DNA of 64,000 bases from a virus, in IMG/VR virus record IMGVR_UViG_3300027797_000016, positions 32,001 to 96,000 of that record. The stretch is one strand, 5' to 3'. Of the stretch, positions 8,234-17,320 are shown piece after piece. Both the position numbers and the translations under genes were made by a program. The notes beneath the pieces are model-generated. The model searched no databases and had not been told where the DNA came from. It saw nothing but the letters and a program-made list of their open reading frames with translations. Positions within the stretch are counted from its first letter, which is position 1; each line of letters opens with the position of its first letter.

Positions 8234-8775
8234 TTTTCATCCACCCAGAAAAATCCAAGAAGATTTTTCATACAAAAACGGATTACAAAATTCGGTTTAG
8301 TCGGCATATAATACCTGAAAGACCTACAATTACCGAATGTATAATATCCTTCGTGGTCATTTCCTTGTTTAATTACAAAACTGGAAGTAATATTACTACC
8401 AGTCGCAATAAGGTTAGAATATGTAAGTTTAGGTGGAAATTGTCCGTGTTCCTTCGCATACTCAAAGTTATCAATAATTCTATTGAACTTTGTATCATAC
8501 AAAGTTTCAGCAATATACTTTGACTTATAAAAACTATTCTTTGTTCTCTCAATCAAATCATCAATCTTCTCATCCAATTCTTGCGATATTTCTTCCAGAG
8601 TTTTACAAGGTTCAGGTATATCAAGATAATCTTTGATTACATCAAAATACTCATAATCTTCGGTGAAATAAAAACAACCAAGAATATAAGGAAGAACACT
8701 TTGAGGTGCTCCTTTCAGTTTCTCTGGATTGAGTTTATATCCTGATGGTCCTATTTTTAGTGTTGGTTCAGTCAT
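8230..8775 (-). CDS. hypothetical protein
   Basis: long ORF; C-terminus PNxxxRFxMK weakly like 8974/12315 family. Confidence 0.7.
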   Translation of the reverse strand: MTEPTLKIGPSGYKLNPEKLKGAPQSVLPYILGCFYFTEDYEYFDVIKDYLDIPEPCKTLEEISQELDEKIDDLIERTKNSFYKSKYIAETLYDTKFNRIIDNFEYAKEHGQFPPKLTYSNLIATGSNITSSFVIKQGNDHEGYYTFGNCRSFRYYMPTKPNFVIRFCMKNLLGFFWVDEK

Positions 8776-8776
8776 T

Positions 8777-8977
8777 TCAAATACCTGCGTCAGCATCAAT
8801 AGTGAATTCTGCTTTGTCTGTGATAATCTCTACACTCATATCATTCATAATGTCGGCAATCAAATCCCTTACCCTCTCCCTTGACTTGTGAGTATATACT
8901 CCATTCCAGTTTGATACCATTAGAGAGTGGTTGAAAGTATCAATAATAACTGCAAGTTCGTGTGCTGTGATTTTCAT
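8777..8977 (-). CDS. hypothetical protein
   Basis: coupled array. Confidence 0.6.
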   Translation of the reverse strand: MKITAHELAVIIDTFNHSLMVSNWNGVYTHKSRERVRDLIADIMNDMSVEIITDKAEFTIDADAGI

Positions 8978-9195
8978 TTGTTCTTCACCCAGTTACAATC
9001 AAAAAATACTTTAGACCAGAACCTTACCCAAGCATTAGGAACTTTACCTTCTTGTGGCACCCAAGTCATAGGAGAAAAACTAGCATCACCACCAAACGCA
9101 TAACAAGTCCAGTTAGATAGTTTTGGTTGTGTGATAGTATATGTGTTTGATTTATTGTAATCAGCAGGAAAAGTATATTCAGTATATTCAGTCAT
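8974..9195 (-). CDS. hypothetical protein, paralogue of 12315-12593
   Basis: EGKVPNAWVRF...DCNWVKNK shared. Confidence 0.7.
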   Translation of the reverse strand: MTEYTEYTFPADYNKSNTYTITQPKLSNWTCYAFGGDASFSPMTWVPQEGKVPNAWVRFWSKVFFDCNWVKNK

Positions 9196-9343
9196 CGTAT
9201 TCCAATTTTGAGAGTGCCTTTCAGTTCATTATAAAGTCCATTCAATCCCTGTCTCCTATCATTATCAGTTACATCAAGAATATGATACAATAGTCGTGCC
9301 TGTTCTTCGTCCAGTGTGATTTTGTAGTTCTTTTGAATTTCAA

Positions 9344-9580
9344 TCATTTTGGGCAGTGGAGAAAATATTTGTATTCAGAAAGCATATTATATTGCCATTG
9401 AACTAAATCACAACCTTTGTATTCACTGACAACTGTAAAAGTTCCATGTTTCTCAACTGGTTCTGCAACTGCTTGTGCTTCTGGTTGTTTGAAACTCTCA
9501 AGAATAGCAGGCACCATAAAATACAGACAAGCAAGACAAAATCCAGTAAGTAATCCAAGTGCGTATTGTGGGTATCTCAT
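9344..9580 (-). CDS. membrane-anchored hypothetical protein
   Basis: paralogue of 846-1046. Confidence 0.7.
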   Translation of the reverse strand: MRYPQYALGLLTGFCLACLYFMVPAILESFKQPEAQAVAEPVEKHGTFTVVSEYKGCDLVQWQYNMLSEYKYFLHCPK

Positions 9581-10326
9581 CGTAGTTTCCTCTTGATTTT
9601 ATTGAGACAATCGTTGAAACCTTCTACAGTACACTCAACATAAGCATTTTGAGACCCAGCGGCAGATTGTTCTTTCGGCAACCATTCTTCAATGGCATCC
9701 ACAAGTTCCTGAAGTGATGTTTCTTTCTTGGTGAATGTATCATCCCACCAGTCAGCAATCACATCATAAAGAGTTTGTGGTTTGGTAGATGAAACTACAC
9801 CTTGCTTGACTGCTTCCCTGAATGCTTCTTTCAATCCATCAGCAACTTGCTCTGGTGTTTGAGGTTTCAAACAATCTAATGGGTCTTTATCTGGATTTTC
9901 TTCACACCATTTCTTACTCTCACGAACAGCATCTTTTATTTGTTGTCCTTTCCCATAAGTAAATACCGCCCACCTAAACCAAGCAGCAGGAGAAAGTTCA
10001 TAATAACCATCACTCAAATATCCACTCAACTTTTCACCAAAACGAAGAGCAACAGATTTCCATTCATTATCTTCTTGTTCTTCTTGAACTTTTTCCATTA
10101 CTTCCTTTGCGGTAGAGATTGCGTAAGCAAACTCATATCCTGCTTGGAAACCTTGCCACCTTGTATCATCATACTGGGAGTCAGTTTCTAATTCAGGATA
10201 TTGCCCCCACCAATCTTTGTAGCATTCTTCTACTGGTGATTTTGTTCGTTGCTGTTCTTCAAGTTTTTGTAGTTTCTCTTGGAGAATAGCAATATCCTCT
10301 TTGAGTTGTTGAATAGTTTCAGTCAT
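9577..10326 (-). CDS. mosaic hypothetical protein
   Basis: 249-aa ORF; PQTPxxV segment shared with 12315-12593. Confidence 0.75.
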   Translation of the reverse strand: MTETIQQLKEDIAILQEKLQKLEEQQRTKSPVEECYKDWWGQYPELETDSQYDDTRWQGFQAGYEFAYAISTAKEVMEKVQEEQEDNEWKSVALRFGEKLSGYLSDGYYELSPAAWFRWAVFTYGKGQQIKDAVRESKKWCEENPDKDPLDCLKPQTPEQVADGLKEAFREAVKQGVVSSTKPQTLYDVIADWWDDTFTKKETSLQELVDAIEEWLPKEQSAAGSQNAYVECTVEGFNDCLNKIKRKLR

Positions 10327-10526
10327 TTCAAGTTCTCCCTTGCTTTGCGAGCAGTATCATAAAGTTCCCGAAGTCGTTGCGACCTCTCCTCTCGTTTTTT
10401 GACTTGTTCTGGACTATTATGCCACACACTATCAGTTCCGTGTAAAGGGCAATCTGGATTGAGGTTTTGAGTGTTTGAAGTTTTGGTTCCTATTTGAATG
10501 TAGGAACAGGTGCATTTGGTAGTCAT
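10323..10526 (-). CDS. hypothetical protein (CxC...CPxHG)
   Basis: coupled array. Confidence 0.6.
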   Translation of the reverse strand: MTTKCTCSYIQIGTKTSNTQNLNPDCPLHGTDSVWHNSPEQVKKREERSQRLRELYDTARKARENLK

Positions 10527-10708
10527 ACATCCTCCATATCAAAACTCATATCATATTTTGGTAGTGGTTGTCCTGCTACATTATAGCACCAATCACAAAA
10601 GTTCATACTCTCTACCATATCAACATCCCATCCACAACACTCCACAGCACTATGAAGTGTGGAAAGAAACTCTGGTGTGAGAAGTTCTTTGAGTTCTTGT
10701 TTCGTCAT
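10523..10708 (-). CDS. hypothetical protein
   Basis: coupled array. Confidence 0.6.
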   Translation of the reverse strand: MTKQELKELLTPEFLSTLHSAVECCGWDVDMVESMNFCDWCYNVAGQPLPKYDMSFDMEDV

Positions 10709-10973
10709 CGGTTCATCCAGTCTCTCAAATCAACAATTTCATACCAGTCATACCTATACTTTTGTTTTGATATTTCCTCCCATTTTTCTTTTGCTTCCTC
10801 TTTGGTTTCGTAGCATTCAATCCAATCATCAGTATAGGCAGAAGGATAATAGTTGTCTCCAGCAATCAATAGATAAGGTTTCATCGTTCAGCAACCACAT
10901 CGTTGATAGTGAGCAAAATCACTCAAACTGGTGCTACCATATTCTACAACACCATCAAGTAAGCAAAGGTAGT

Positions 10974-11159
10974 TCATTTCAGTTGCTCCAAGCAAATAGA
11001 ACAGAGACAATCATCAGTTTTAGGAACTCTAAACATAATATGGTTTCCAGAGCAACAATCTCTATCACCACATTTTCTACATTCATCACAAACCCACTCC
11101 TTTTGATTACGACATTTTACGAAATCTTCAAGAGTGTATTGTTGGAGAATAGAAGTCAT
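10974..11159 (-). CDS. Cys-rich small protein, possible Zn binding
   Basis: multiple CxxC. Confidence 0.6.
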   Translation of the reverse strand: MTSILQQYTLEDFVKCRNQKEWVCDECRKCGDRDCCSGNHIMFRVPKTDDCLCSICLEQLK

Positions 11160-11305
11160 TCTAATACATCAGTAAGTTTGTTATACATCCAAGAGATTAT
11201 GAGTGCCTGTCCCCAAGTAAGAGGAAAGAAAGATACAAGTGCCCAACCCATCAATCCCACAAAAATATAAAATCCAATTGTTTCACCAATCTCTTGTTTA
11301 GTCAT
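11156..11305 (-). CDS. small membrane protein
   Basis: hydrophobic segments; ATGA overlap. Confidence 0.55.
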   Translation of the reverse strand: MTKQEIGETIGFYIFVGLMGWALVSFFPLTWGQALIISWMYNKLTDVLE

Positions 11306-11484
11306 TTGAGGTTCCTCATCAATCGTGCGTAAGAATAATTCCAAGTAGAAGGGTCTTCTGGGTCAAAAGGGTTCTTGTATTCTTTTGGTTCATAAGGTTC
11401 TGGTGTATATTGGAAGAATTTAGAAGCAATATAAGAACCAAGACAAGGAAACAGAAAGCAAAGAAGAGCAGATGTAAGGGTCAT
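11302..11484 (-). CDS. hypothetical protein with N-terminal hydrophobic segment
   Basis: first gene after promoter element. Confidence 0.6.
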   Translation of the reverse strand: MTLTSALLCFLFPCLGSYIASKFFQYTPEPYEPKEYKNPFDPEDPSTWNYSYARLMRNLK

Positions 11485-11489
11485 CAGGG

Positions 11490-11565
11490 TTGTTTGTGTA
11501 TGAAACTATTATAAGGCATCAGGGCACCGAGTTCAAGTGCCCTGTGCCGGTTCTTCAAGTGTCCC
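11490..11565 (-). promoter_or_regulatory. repeated early promoter element, TTGAAC-N17-TATAAT
   Basis: CAGGGCAC/GTGCCCTG inverted repeat around the -35. Confidence 0.8.
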
Positions 11566-11935
11566 CAACAGAGTTGAGAGCAAGACCAATTCTACTAATT
11601 TTATTTTCTAAACTATTGTAATACTGATAAACATAATTATCATCAAGATTATCATTTTTTGCTTTCCTCACAAGAGCAAGCAAATCGTTAATCTCATAAT
11701 TACTAAAGGGTTCTACCGTCCATTCACCGATAGATACAACTTTTTTAGTCATCAGGTGTCTTTGTGTGTATGAATGTATTATAAGGCATCTGGTGCCCCT
11801 GTGGAGTGGTGTCTGTGCCAGTTCGTCAAGTGTCCTCTGCTCTTCAAGGATTATTTCAAAAATCATTCTGGTGTAGCTTTCTGTTGCTCCCCAGTGTCTT
11901 GCTAATCTTATAATGTCTTTATGTTTATTAGTCAT
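11555..11935 (-). CDS. hypothetical protein; reading frame crosses a promoter element, internal start at 11752
   Basis: MTNKH... continues in frame through element into MTKKVV... Confidence 0.55.
   Translation of the reverse strand: MTNKHKDIIRLARHWGATESYTRMIFEIILEEQRTLDELAQTPLHRGTRCLIIHSYTQRHLMTKKVVSIGEWTVEPFSNYEINDLLALVRKAKNDNLDDNYVYQYYNSLENKISRIGLALNSVGDT
11753..11835 (-). promoter_or_regulatory. repeated early promoter element
   Basis: GGACACTTGACGAACTGGCAC...GATGCCTTATAATACATTCATACAC. Confidence 0.75.
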
Positions 11936-12176
11936 CCCCATAAACCTCAAAGATAATTTTTGCTCCACCCATTACATCCCTTTCCATACTCATACTCAAC
12001 ACCTGTGCCCTACTAGTTTGGAGTTGTTCTGCTACTTGTTGAAAAGATACTTTCAAGTCATTAGGGTCATAACATTTTGCGAGTTTTCGTAGTTTTGATT
12101 TCTCTACTGGTTTTGGAGGTTCTGGTGGTTTTGGATTATGGATTTCATTATATTTTTCAATTAGTGGATTAGTCAT
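11928..12176 (-). CDS. hypothetical protein, paralogue of 7463-7747
   Basis: shared motifs. Confidence 0.7.
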   Translation of the reverse strand: MTNPLIEKYNEIHNPKPPEPPKPVEKSKLRKLAKCYDPNDLKVSFQQVAEQLQTSRAQVLSMSMERDVMGGAKIIFEVYGDD

Positions 12177-12314
12177 TTTCTTTACAATACCTTTGATATT
12201 CCCAATGATGAACCATTTCTACAAGGTCTTTGGTAACTAAACAATCTTCATTATCTTTAATTTTATCCCAATCAATAGGATTTTTTTCACTCCATTCTTC
12301 GTAGGTTAGTTTAG

Positions 12315-12593
12315 TCATTTGTTCTTCACCCAGTTACAATCTAAAAATACTTTCATAAAAAACCTCACCCAAGCATTAGGAACTTTACCTTCTTCTGGTG
12401 TCCAAGTGATAGAAGAAAATGAGGCATTACCACCAAAAAGGTAGCAGGTATAGTTAGATTGTTTTGGTTGGTGAATAAAAAGATAATCGTTGGGAATTGG
12501 GAATACACCATCTTCCTTTGCTTGTTTCATAGCACCACGAAGTCCAGCATCTACTTCATCTGGTGTTTGTGGCGTTGGTTGATATTCAGTCAT
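12315..12593 (-). CDS. chimeric hypothetical protein
   Basis: N-part like an internal segment of 9577-10326, C-part like 8974-9195. Confidence 0.7.
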   Translation of the reverse strand: MTEYQPTPQTPDEVDAGLRGAMKQAKEDGVFPIPNDYLFIHQPKQSNYTCYLFGGNASFSSITWTPEEGKVPNAWVRFFMKVFLDCNWVKNK

Positions 12594-13056
12594 AAGGAAT
12601 CCATTCAGCAAAACTAAAGATATACGCAAGTCCCCATTCTAATGTATGAGGTGGTAGTTCGTCAATATGATTAAACGCAAGTCGTCTTGCTTCCAAGATG
12701 CGTTCTTTACCTACCGCAAGTAGATTTGCTTTAGAACCTTTGAGAAACTCATTATAATCTGCCTGATTATTCTGTTTCGCACCAGAGATATACAATCGTC
12801 TCATTTCAGTAAAAAGTTCTGCGGTTTCGGGGGCAAATGTAATCACTTCTTCCCCCAAAGGGATTTCCATAGTTTTCATCGCACTCATTGAAAATTTCAT
12901 CGCATCTCTGGTTTCTTCTACTGATAAGGCATCCTCATCCTCATCACGAAACTTATGTTGTATTATACCGTTACTGCACTCAACTAATCTTAAAAGAGCA
13001 ATCTTGTCCTTCTCAGAGTCAGGTAGTGCTTGAAATCTTGCGTCCCAGTCAATCAT
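12586..13056 (-). CDS. hypothetical protein
   Basis: 156-aa ORF, ATGA overlap with HEG stop. Confidence 0.7.
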   Translation of the reverse strand: MIDWDARFQALPDSEKDKIALLRLVECSNGIIQHKFRDEDEDALSVEETRDAMKFSMSAMKTMEIPLGEEVITFAPETAELFTEMRRLYISGAKQNNQADYNEFLKGSKANLLAVGKERILEARRLAFNHIDELPPHTLEWGLAYIFSFAEWIPYD

Positions 13057-13724
13057 TTTCTTCCAAGTCTCCAACCATCACCGGGACATTCTACCATCCT
13101 TTTACAATTTCCGCAACCATCATTCCACCACTTTTTACCTTTTCGTGTCTCACTCATTTTTCTTCTGGTTTCTTTGGAAAGGATTTTACCTTTTCGTGTC
13201 TCACTCATTTTTCTTCTGGTTTCTTCTGAAACAGGTCTGCCTTTAAGACCTTCAATTATTTTATCTATATGCTCTTTTGAGAGAGTTTTACCAATTTGTG
13301 ACTCACTCATTTTTCTTCTGGTTTCTTCCGAATGAATTTTACCATAGTTATGATTTTTTTCCCCTCTCCTTGCTTCACTCATTTTTTTTCTAGTTTCTTC
13401 TGAAGGGGTTCTTTCTCTCATTTTTTTTCTGGTTTCTTCACTAAAAACATAACCAGAAGCACCATCACCACCATCTGTAAGGTTGTGAAGAATACCAGTT
13501 CCCAAATCTTTCCTACCAAACACAGCAATCATATAGATTTCGTGTCTAAATGCTTCTTCTTCTGTTAAGTTTTGTTTGAGGAATATAATTCTTGATTTAT
13601 CTTTGGGTGGGTTATTTCGTCTGTTTGTAGAATAAATCCTATCTCCAGTACCTTTACCAATATAATAAGGTGTCTTATCTTCACGCAAATATGCGTAAGT
13701 GTAAAACCTATTAGGATTTACCAT
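13053..13724 (-). CDS. GIY-YIG homing endonuclease with NUMOD3-type repeats
   Basis: FYTYAY...YYIGKG...R...E...N motifs; repeated SEETRRKMSE. Confidence 0.9.
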   Translation of the reverse strand: MVNPNRFYTYAYLREDKTPYYIGKGTGDRIYSTNRRNNPPKDKSRIIFLKQNLTEEEAFRHEIYMIAVFGRKDLGTGILHNLTDGGDGASGYVFSEETRKKMRERTPSEETRKKMSEARRGEKNHNYGKIHSEETRRKMSESQIGKTLSKEHIDKIIEGLKGRPVSEETRRKMSETRKGKILSKETRRKMSETRKGKKWWNDGCGNCKRMVECPGDGWRLGRK

Positions 13725-13833
13725 AGTTCTGCTTCTAAATTGTGTTCGCAATACTATTTATACAAGAAAAGGTGCCCGAAGACACCCTTCCCACTCTTAT
13801 GGATGCGAACACATTAGAGCACCAGTATTTATC
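13725..13833 (-). promoter_or_regulatory. HEG leader cassette C
   Basis: GCTCTAATGTGTTCGCA vs leader TGCGAACACAATTTAGAAGC; GGTGTC-TTCG-GGCACC-TTTT; TAAATA and TATAAATA. Confidence 0.75.
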
Positions 13834-14006
13834 TGTTTAGCACAACTCCACCCTATAACAAGCAAGAAAGCATGATTTGATGTGCTAATTTGTCCCGCAA
13901 AAAATTAATTCTTTCTTCATCATACTGCTGAAAGTTTCCTTTCTTCTCCACTTTCTTATAATAATGTAGAGCATTTATAATTATACCATAATCTTCTATT
14001 GTAATA

Positions 14007-14237
14007 TCAATTTTCATAACTCAATTGAATAATCTTTGATATATCTATTGTTGCGAAGAATGCCTGTAATCCTACAATATCCCAAGTTTTAATTTTAATG
14101 GAGAACGGAACCATTACTAAACCACCAACCAAACGAAAATAACACCCTAACTTTACATCCACATAAAGAAGAATGAAGTATCCAACCAATAACAGAACAC
14201 TACCAATAATACGAAGAGATGTTGGTGTTAATTTCAT
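14007..14237 (-). CDS. small multi-pass membrane protein
   Basis: three hydrophobic segments. Confidence 0.65.
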   Translation of the reverse strand: MKLTPTSLRIIGSVLLLVGYFILLYVDVKLGCYFRLVGGLVMVPFSIKIKTWDIVGLQAFFATIDISKIIQLSYEN

Positions 14238-14422
14238 TACATTCTCATTTTTAATACTTCTGCCGTTACTTCTTGTTGTTTCATATACAACTTTAGCATA
14301 CCTTTGAGTGAAATCTGTAGTTCTTCTACATTCTCACAATTATCAATATTTCTTGCTAATTTTTCATACTCAAACATCTTTGAGGGATTTGTGAGTATAA
14401 TATCATCTGGATGTCCCGTCAT
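14237..14422 (-). CDS. putative NblA-like phycobilisome degradation adaptor
   Basis: LxxxSKxFEYEKxxRxIDxxxxxEELxxxLKxxLKLYxKQQE two-helix pattern; size 61 aa. Confidence 0.5.
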   Translation of the reverse strand: MTGHPDDIILTNPSKMFEYEKLARNIDNCENVEELQISLKGMLKLYMKQQEVTAEVLKMRM

Positions 14423-14603
14423 TTTTCTTATAAAATTCTATTTTGAGTTGAGTAATGAGTAAATCAACTTTATCTTCAATACGAGTAAGTCGTTCCTCAA
14501 TAGTATCTATACGATACTCATCAAGTGCTTCTTTTTTAACTGAATAAGGGTCAATCGTAGCCATAGTTCCTTGTAGTGAATTGAGTAGTTGTTCGTCAGT
14601 CAT
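14403..14603 (-). CDS. hypothetical coiled-coil protein
   Basis: IEERLTRIEDKVDLL. Confidence 0.6.
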   Translation of the reverse strand: MTDEQLLNSLQGTMATIDPYSVKKEALDEYRIDTIEERLTRIEDKVDLLITQLKIEFYKKNDGTSR

Positions 14604-14802
14604 TTACCACCTCCATAAACTCATCATAAGACAAATCAACAAAATCTTCATAATACAATTTATTCACAATTTTATTCACCACTTCTAAATCAAAATATTT
14701 TTCTAATTCAGTTCTGGTTTCGCAGGATACTCTTCCGTGTCCGTCGTGAGTTGTTTTTAGTTTCTCAAAGGAACTCATATCAAAAATATTAGTATCAGTC
14801 AT
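14596..14802 (-). CDS. hypothetical protein
   Basis: coupled array. Confidence 0.6.
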   Translation of the reverse strand: MTDTNIFDMSSFEKLKTTHDGHGRVSCETRTELEKYFDLEVVNKIVNKLYYEDFVDLSYDEFMEVVND

Positions 14803-14989
14803 TTTGTGTCTCCTCTGGTTCTATCCATTCTTTATAGTCATCTGCTTTTACATAAGGAGCAGTTTCCCAATCACTCCATTCTTTCCAGAGAGGGGGAGCA
14901 ATACAACCTCTAGGCAACTGATTTTTATACCGATACTGAAAATCTGGACGGCACATCAGTCCATTATCAACCACTCGGATTTCGATCAT
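14795..14989 (-). CDS. hypothetical protein
   Basis: FQYR...WSDW motif. Confidence 0.6.
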   Translation of the reverse strand: MIEIRVVDNGLMCRPDFQYRYKNQLPRGCIAPPLWKEWSDWETAPYVKADDYKEWIEPEETQND

Positions 14990-15145
14990 TCTTTCTCTCC
15001 AAATCTAAAAGGATAAAGTCGTTTCACACCACCAGAAGCATACTTGATTTCATCTTCTAATTGACGAATATAAACGAAAATTGAGTATGGAACCTCAAAG
15101 TGCTCTAACTCTTTGGTCTCATTATTATAGCACGAAATGTAGGAT

Positions 15146-15397
15146 TTACTCATCATCTAACACTTCATCCCTTTCAATAAGTTCATCATATTCATCAAGT
15201 TGAGTTTCGTATTTGATAAATCTCAAGTTATTCAACATCTCAAAAAGTTCAGTTTTCTCATCAATTAATTCTTTACGATAATTATCACTAAAAACTAATT
15301 TAAGTTTTTCTTCTGGATGATTTAACTCTTGTTTAATATATTCGTATCTTTTAGATAGTATGGTCTCACACCTTTCAATCGTTTCTACGAGTTTCAT
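15146..15397 (-). CDS. hypothetical protein
   Basis: coupled array. Confidence 0.6.
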   Translation of the reverse strand: MKLVETIERCETILSKRYEYIKQELNHPEEKLKLVFSDNYRKELIDEKTELFEMLNNLRFIKYETQLDEYDELIERDEVLDDE

Positions 15398-15624
15398 TTC
15401 AGTTCCTCAATAGTCAGTTTCAGTCCGTTTCCATTATCGTCAATTGTTTTGTTGATAAAGTCCTCATAATCACCAATATCTTCCCAAGCACCAAACTTAT
15501 AATAGAGTGTCTTCTCAACATAATGCTGATACATTCTTTCAGTCTCTTCAACATCTCCATCACACCATTCACTAAAAGTTTCAGGAGTGAGTGTGATTTC
15601 TGCTGTGATTTTTACTGGTTTCAT
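15394..15624 (-). CDS. hypothetical protein
   Basis: GGAGG RBS, ATGA overlap. Confidence 0.65.
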   Translation of the reverse strand: MKPVKITAEITLTPETFSEWCDGDVEETERMYQHYVEKTLYYKFGAWEDIGDYEDFINKTIDDNGNGLKLTIEELK

Positions 15625-15884
15625 AATGCCTCCAAATAATCTGCGATTTCTTTAATACTTTCCAATTTTGGTTCAGTCTTTCTGGAAAGGTCAATCATTA
15701 GTCCGTCATTTTGATTTACAAAGGGTGATGTAGTTGGAGTATTTTCCTTATACCATTCATCATTTCTTTTTTCTCTTGTGAAGTTTGTCCAAAGAAGTCT
15801 TGTTTTGTATTTTAGATTCAAATAATCTGCGATTTCTTTAATACTTTCCAATTTTGGTTCAGTCTTTCTGGAAAGGTCAGTCAT
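15621..15884 (-). CDS. hypothetical protein with terminal direct repeat
   Basis: DLSRKTEPKLESIKEIADYL at both ends. Confidence 0.6.
   Translation of the reverse strand: MTDLSRKTEPKLESIKEIADYLNLKYKTRLLWTNFTREKRNDEWYKENTPTTSPFVNQNDGLMIDLSRKTEPKLESIKEIADYLEAL
15633..15879. repeat. 61-bp perfect direct repeat (15633-15693 and 15819-15879)
   Basis: identical by inspection. Confidence 0.9.
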
Positions 15885-16099
15885 TCCAGTTCCTCAATCA
15901 TATCATAATAACCATCATTTACTATATACCAGAAGTTCACAGCAACTGTTTTCTTATCCTTACTATAAGACCAATAAGTATTTCTCACAGAATAATAACC
16001 AGTATAAGTCTCTAACTTCTCGTAAGGAGTAAAAACCCAATGTTTCCAACTATTACAAGTCAGTTTCATACGATAAAAGTAGTAAGATAAACTATTCAT
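15881..16099 (-). CDS. Trp/Tyr-rich hypothetical protein
   Basis: FWYIVNDGYYDM. Confidence 0.65.
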   Translation of the reverse strand: MNSLSYYFYRMKLTCNSWKHWVFTPYEKLETYTGYYSVRNTYWSYSKDKKTVAVNFWYIVNDGYYDMIEELE

Positions 16100-16305
16100 A
16101 ATGCCTCCAATTCATTAGCAAGGTCATAAAGCACCCGAGCATCAACTACCATATCTTCTACACCTTCTTCTTCACAACACTGATAGTATTGAAACTCATT
16201 CACAATCTCACGAATAACAGCAGCAAGAGAAAGTTCTTCGTGATGTGTACTGTCCACCCACTTATCTTCCCAAGCACGATAAATTCTTTTTGCCCTTTCA
16301 GTCAT
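16096..16305 (-). CDS. MTERA...ELEAL family paralogue
   Basis: 3' half nearly identical to 17512-17739. Confidence 0.75.
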   Translation of the reverse strand: MTERAKRIYRAWEDKWVDSTHHEELSLAAVIREIVNEFQYYQCCEEEGVEDMVVDARVLYDLANELEAL

Positions 16306-16547
16306 AGTGCCTCCTCCAAATCTTTCGGGCAAATAAACGGAACATAAAATTTAGGATTTTCTGCCCAAGTATAAGAAAGTGATTTATTATTCATCTTATA
16401 CCAAGAAGCATTCAAAATCCACCAAAACTGAACCTGTGGATATTCTGAATGAGAAGGAAAGTATATCCCCTCTACATTACTACAAAATTCTTTTGGTTGT
16501 CTTATCAAAGTTTTCCAGTAATCAAAAATGAGTTTAGTTAGTTTCAT
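16302..16547 (-). CDS. Trp-rich hypothetical protein
   Basis: FWWILNASWYKM. Confidence 0.65.
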   Translation of the reverse strand: MKLTKLIFDYWKTLIRQPKEFCSNVEGIYFPSHSEYPQVQFWWILNASWYKMNNKSLSYTWAENPKFYVPFICPKDLEEAL

Positions 16548-16705
16548 TTCTGGTTCTCCTGAAGTTCAAGTTCTTCAATCATACTTTCACTCCAAGTAAT
16601 ACCATCAAAATCTTCAGGACATCCCATCCAATTCCTTGCTTCTTCTTCGGTTTCAAAATCAAGAAACCCAATATTGGTTTCAACAATTTTTACTGTGTAA
16701 GTCAT
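16544..16705 (-). CDS. hypothetical protein
   Basis: first gene after promoter element. Confidence 0.6.
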   Translation of the reverse strand: MTYTVKIVETNIGFLDFETEEEARNWMGCPEDFDGITWSESMIEELELQENQK

Positions 16706-16785
16706 CAGGTCTTTGTGTATGAATGTATTATACGACAAAGGGCACTCGGTTTCAAGTGCCCTTGTGACGGTTTCTCAAGTGTCCT
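16706..16785 (-). promoter_or_regulatory. repeated early promoter element, TTGAAA-N17-TATAAT
   Basis: AAGGGCAC/GTGCCCTT inverted repeat; near-identical to 21092-21170. Confidence 0.85.
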
Positions 16786-16975
16786 CCAGTTCATCAAGTT
16801 CATCGGCAATCTCAAGAATATCCTTTGATTTTACCATATAAGTTCCATCTTCCCAACTCTCATAATCACTTACAATCTCACGAAGAACATTAATAAGAGA
16901 AGATATCTCATTCCTTTTTGAGAACTTTGGTTCCCGTAAGAATGTTTCCAAGATTTTTTGTGCCCTTTTAGTCAT
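16775..16975 (-). CDS. MTERA...ELEAL family paralogue
   Basis: MTKRAQKI...LREIV...DILEIADEL. Confidence 0.7.
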   Translation of the reverse strand: MTKRAQKILETFLREPKFSKRNEISSLINVLREIVSDYESWEDGTYMVKSKDILEIADELDELEDT

Positions 16976-17178
16976 TTCAGTTTCTCCTGAAGTTTTAGAT
17001 AATCATAAGAAATCTTACATTTCTGTGGTTGTTCCATACATAACACAATACCTTGATTTTTTCCATCTACCACACCATCATCAAAACCAAAACGAACACC
17101 TATAAGAAATACAACAGCAGAGGTTGCGAGAACGGCAATACAAATTATTCCAGATAAAACAGCATTATCATCACTCAT
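16972..17178 (-). CDS. membrane-anchored hypothetical protein
   Basis: TM segment plus GxxxG repeats. Confidence 0.6.
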   Translation of the reverse strand: MSDDNAVLSGIICIAVLATSAVVFLIGVRFGFDDGVVDGKNQGIVLCMEQPQKCKISYDYLKLQEKLK

Positions 17179-17320
17179 TTCAGTTCCTCCACCCGAACTT
17201 TTACAATACCATTAGACAAATCATCTGTATTATTATCTTCATCATAAACAGAGACTTCTACATTATCATTAGCAAGATTGAGAACTTCTTTGATATATTC
17301 TGTGAGTTGTTTGTTTTTAG

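Noticed and set aside
10659-11270. 203-aa plus-strand ORF
   Set aside because: Overlaps several coupled minus-strand genes and has no recognisable motif
13725-13751. ORF-track upstream starts for HEGs (13751, 52585, 53896) and for genes beginning inside promoter elements
   Set aside because: These extensions run through leader or promoter sequence; downstream ATGs match paralogue N-termini
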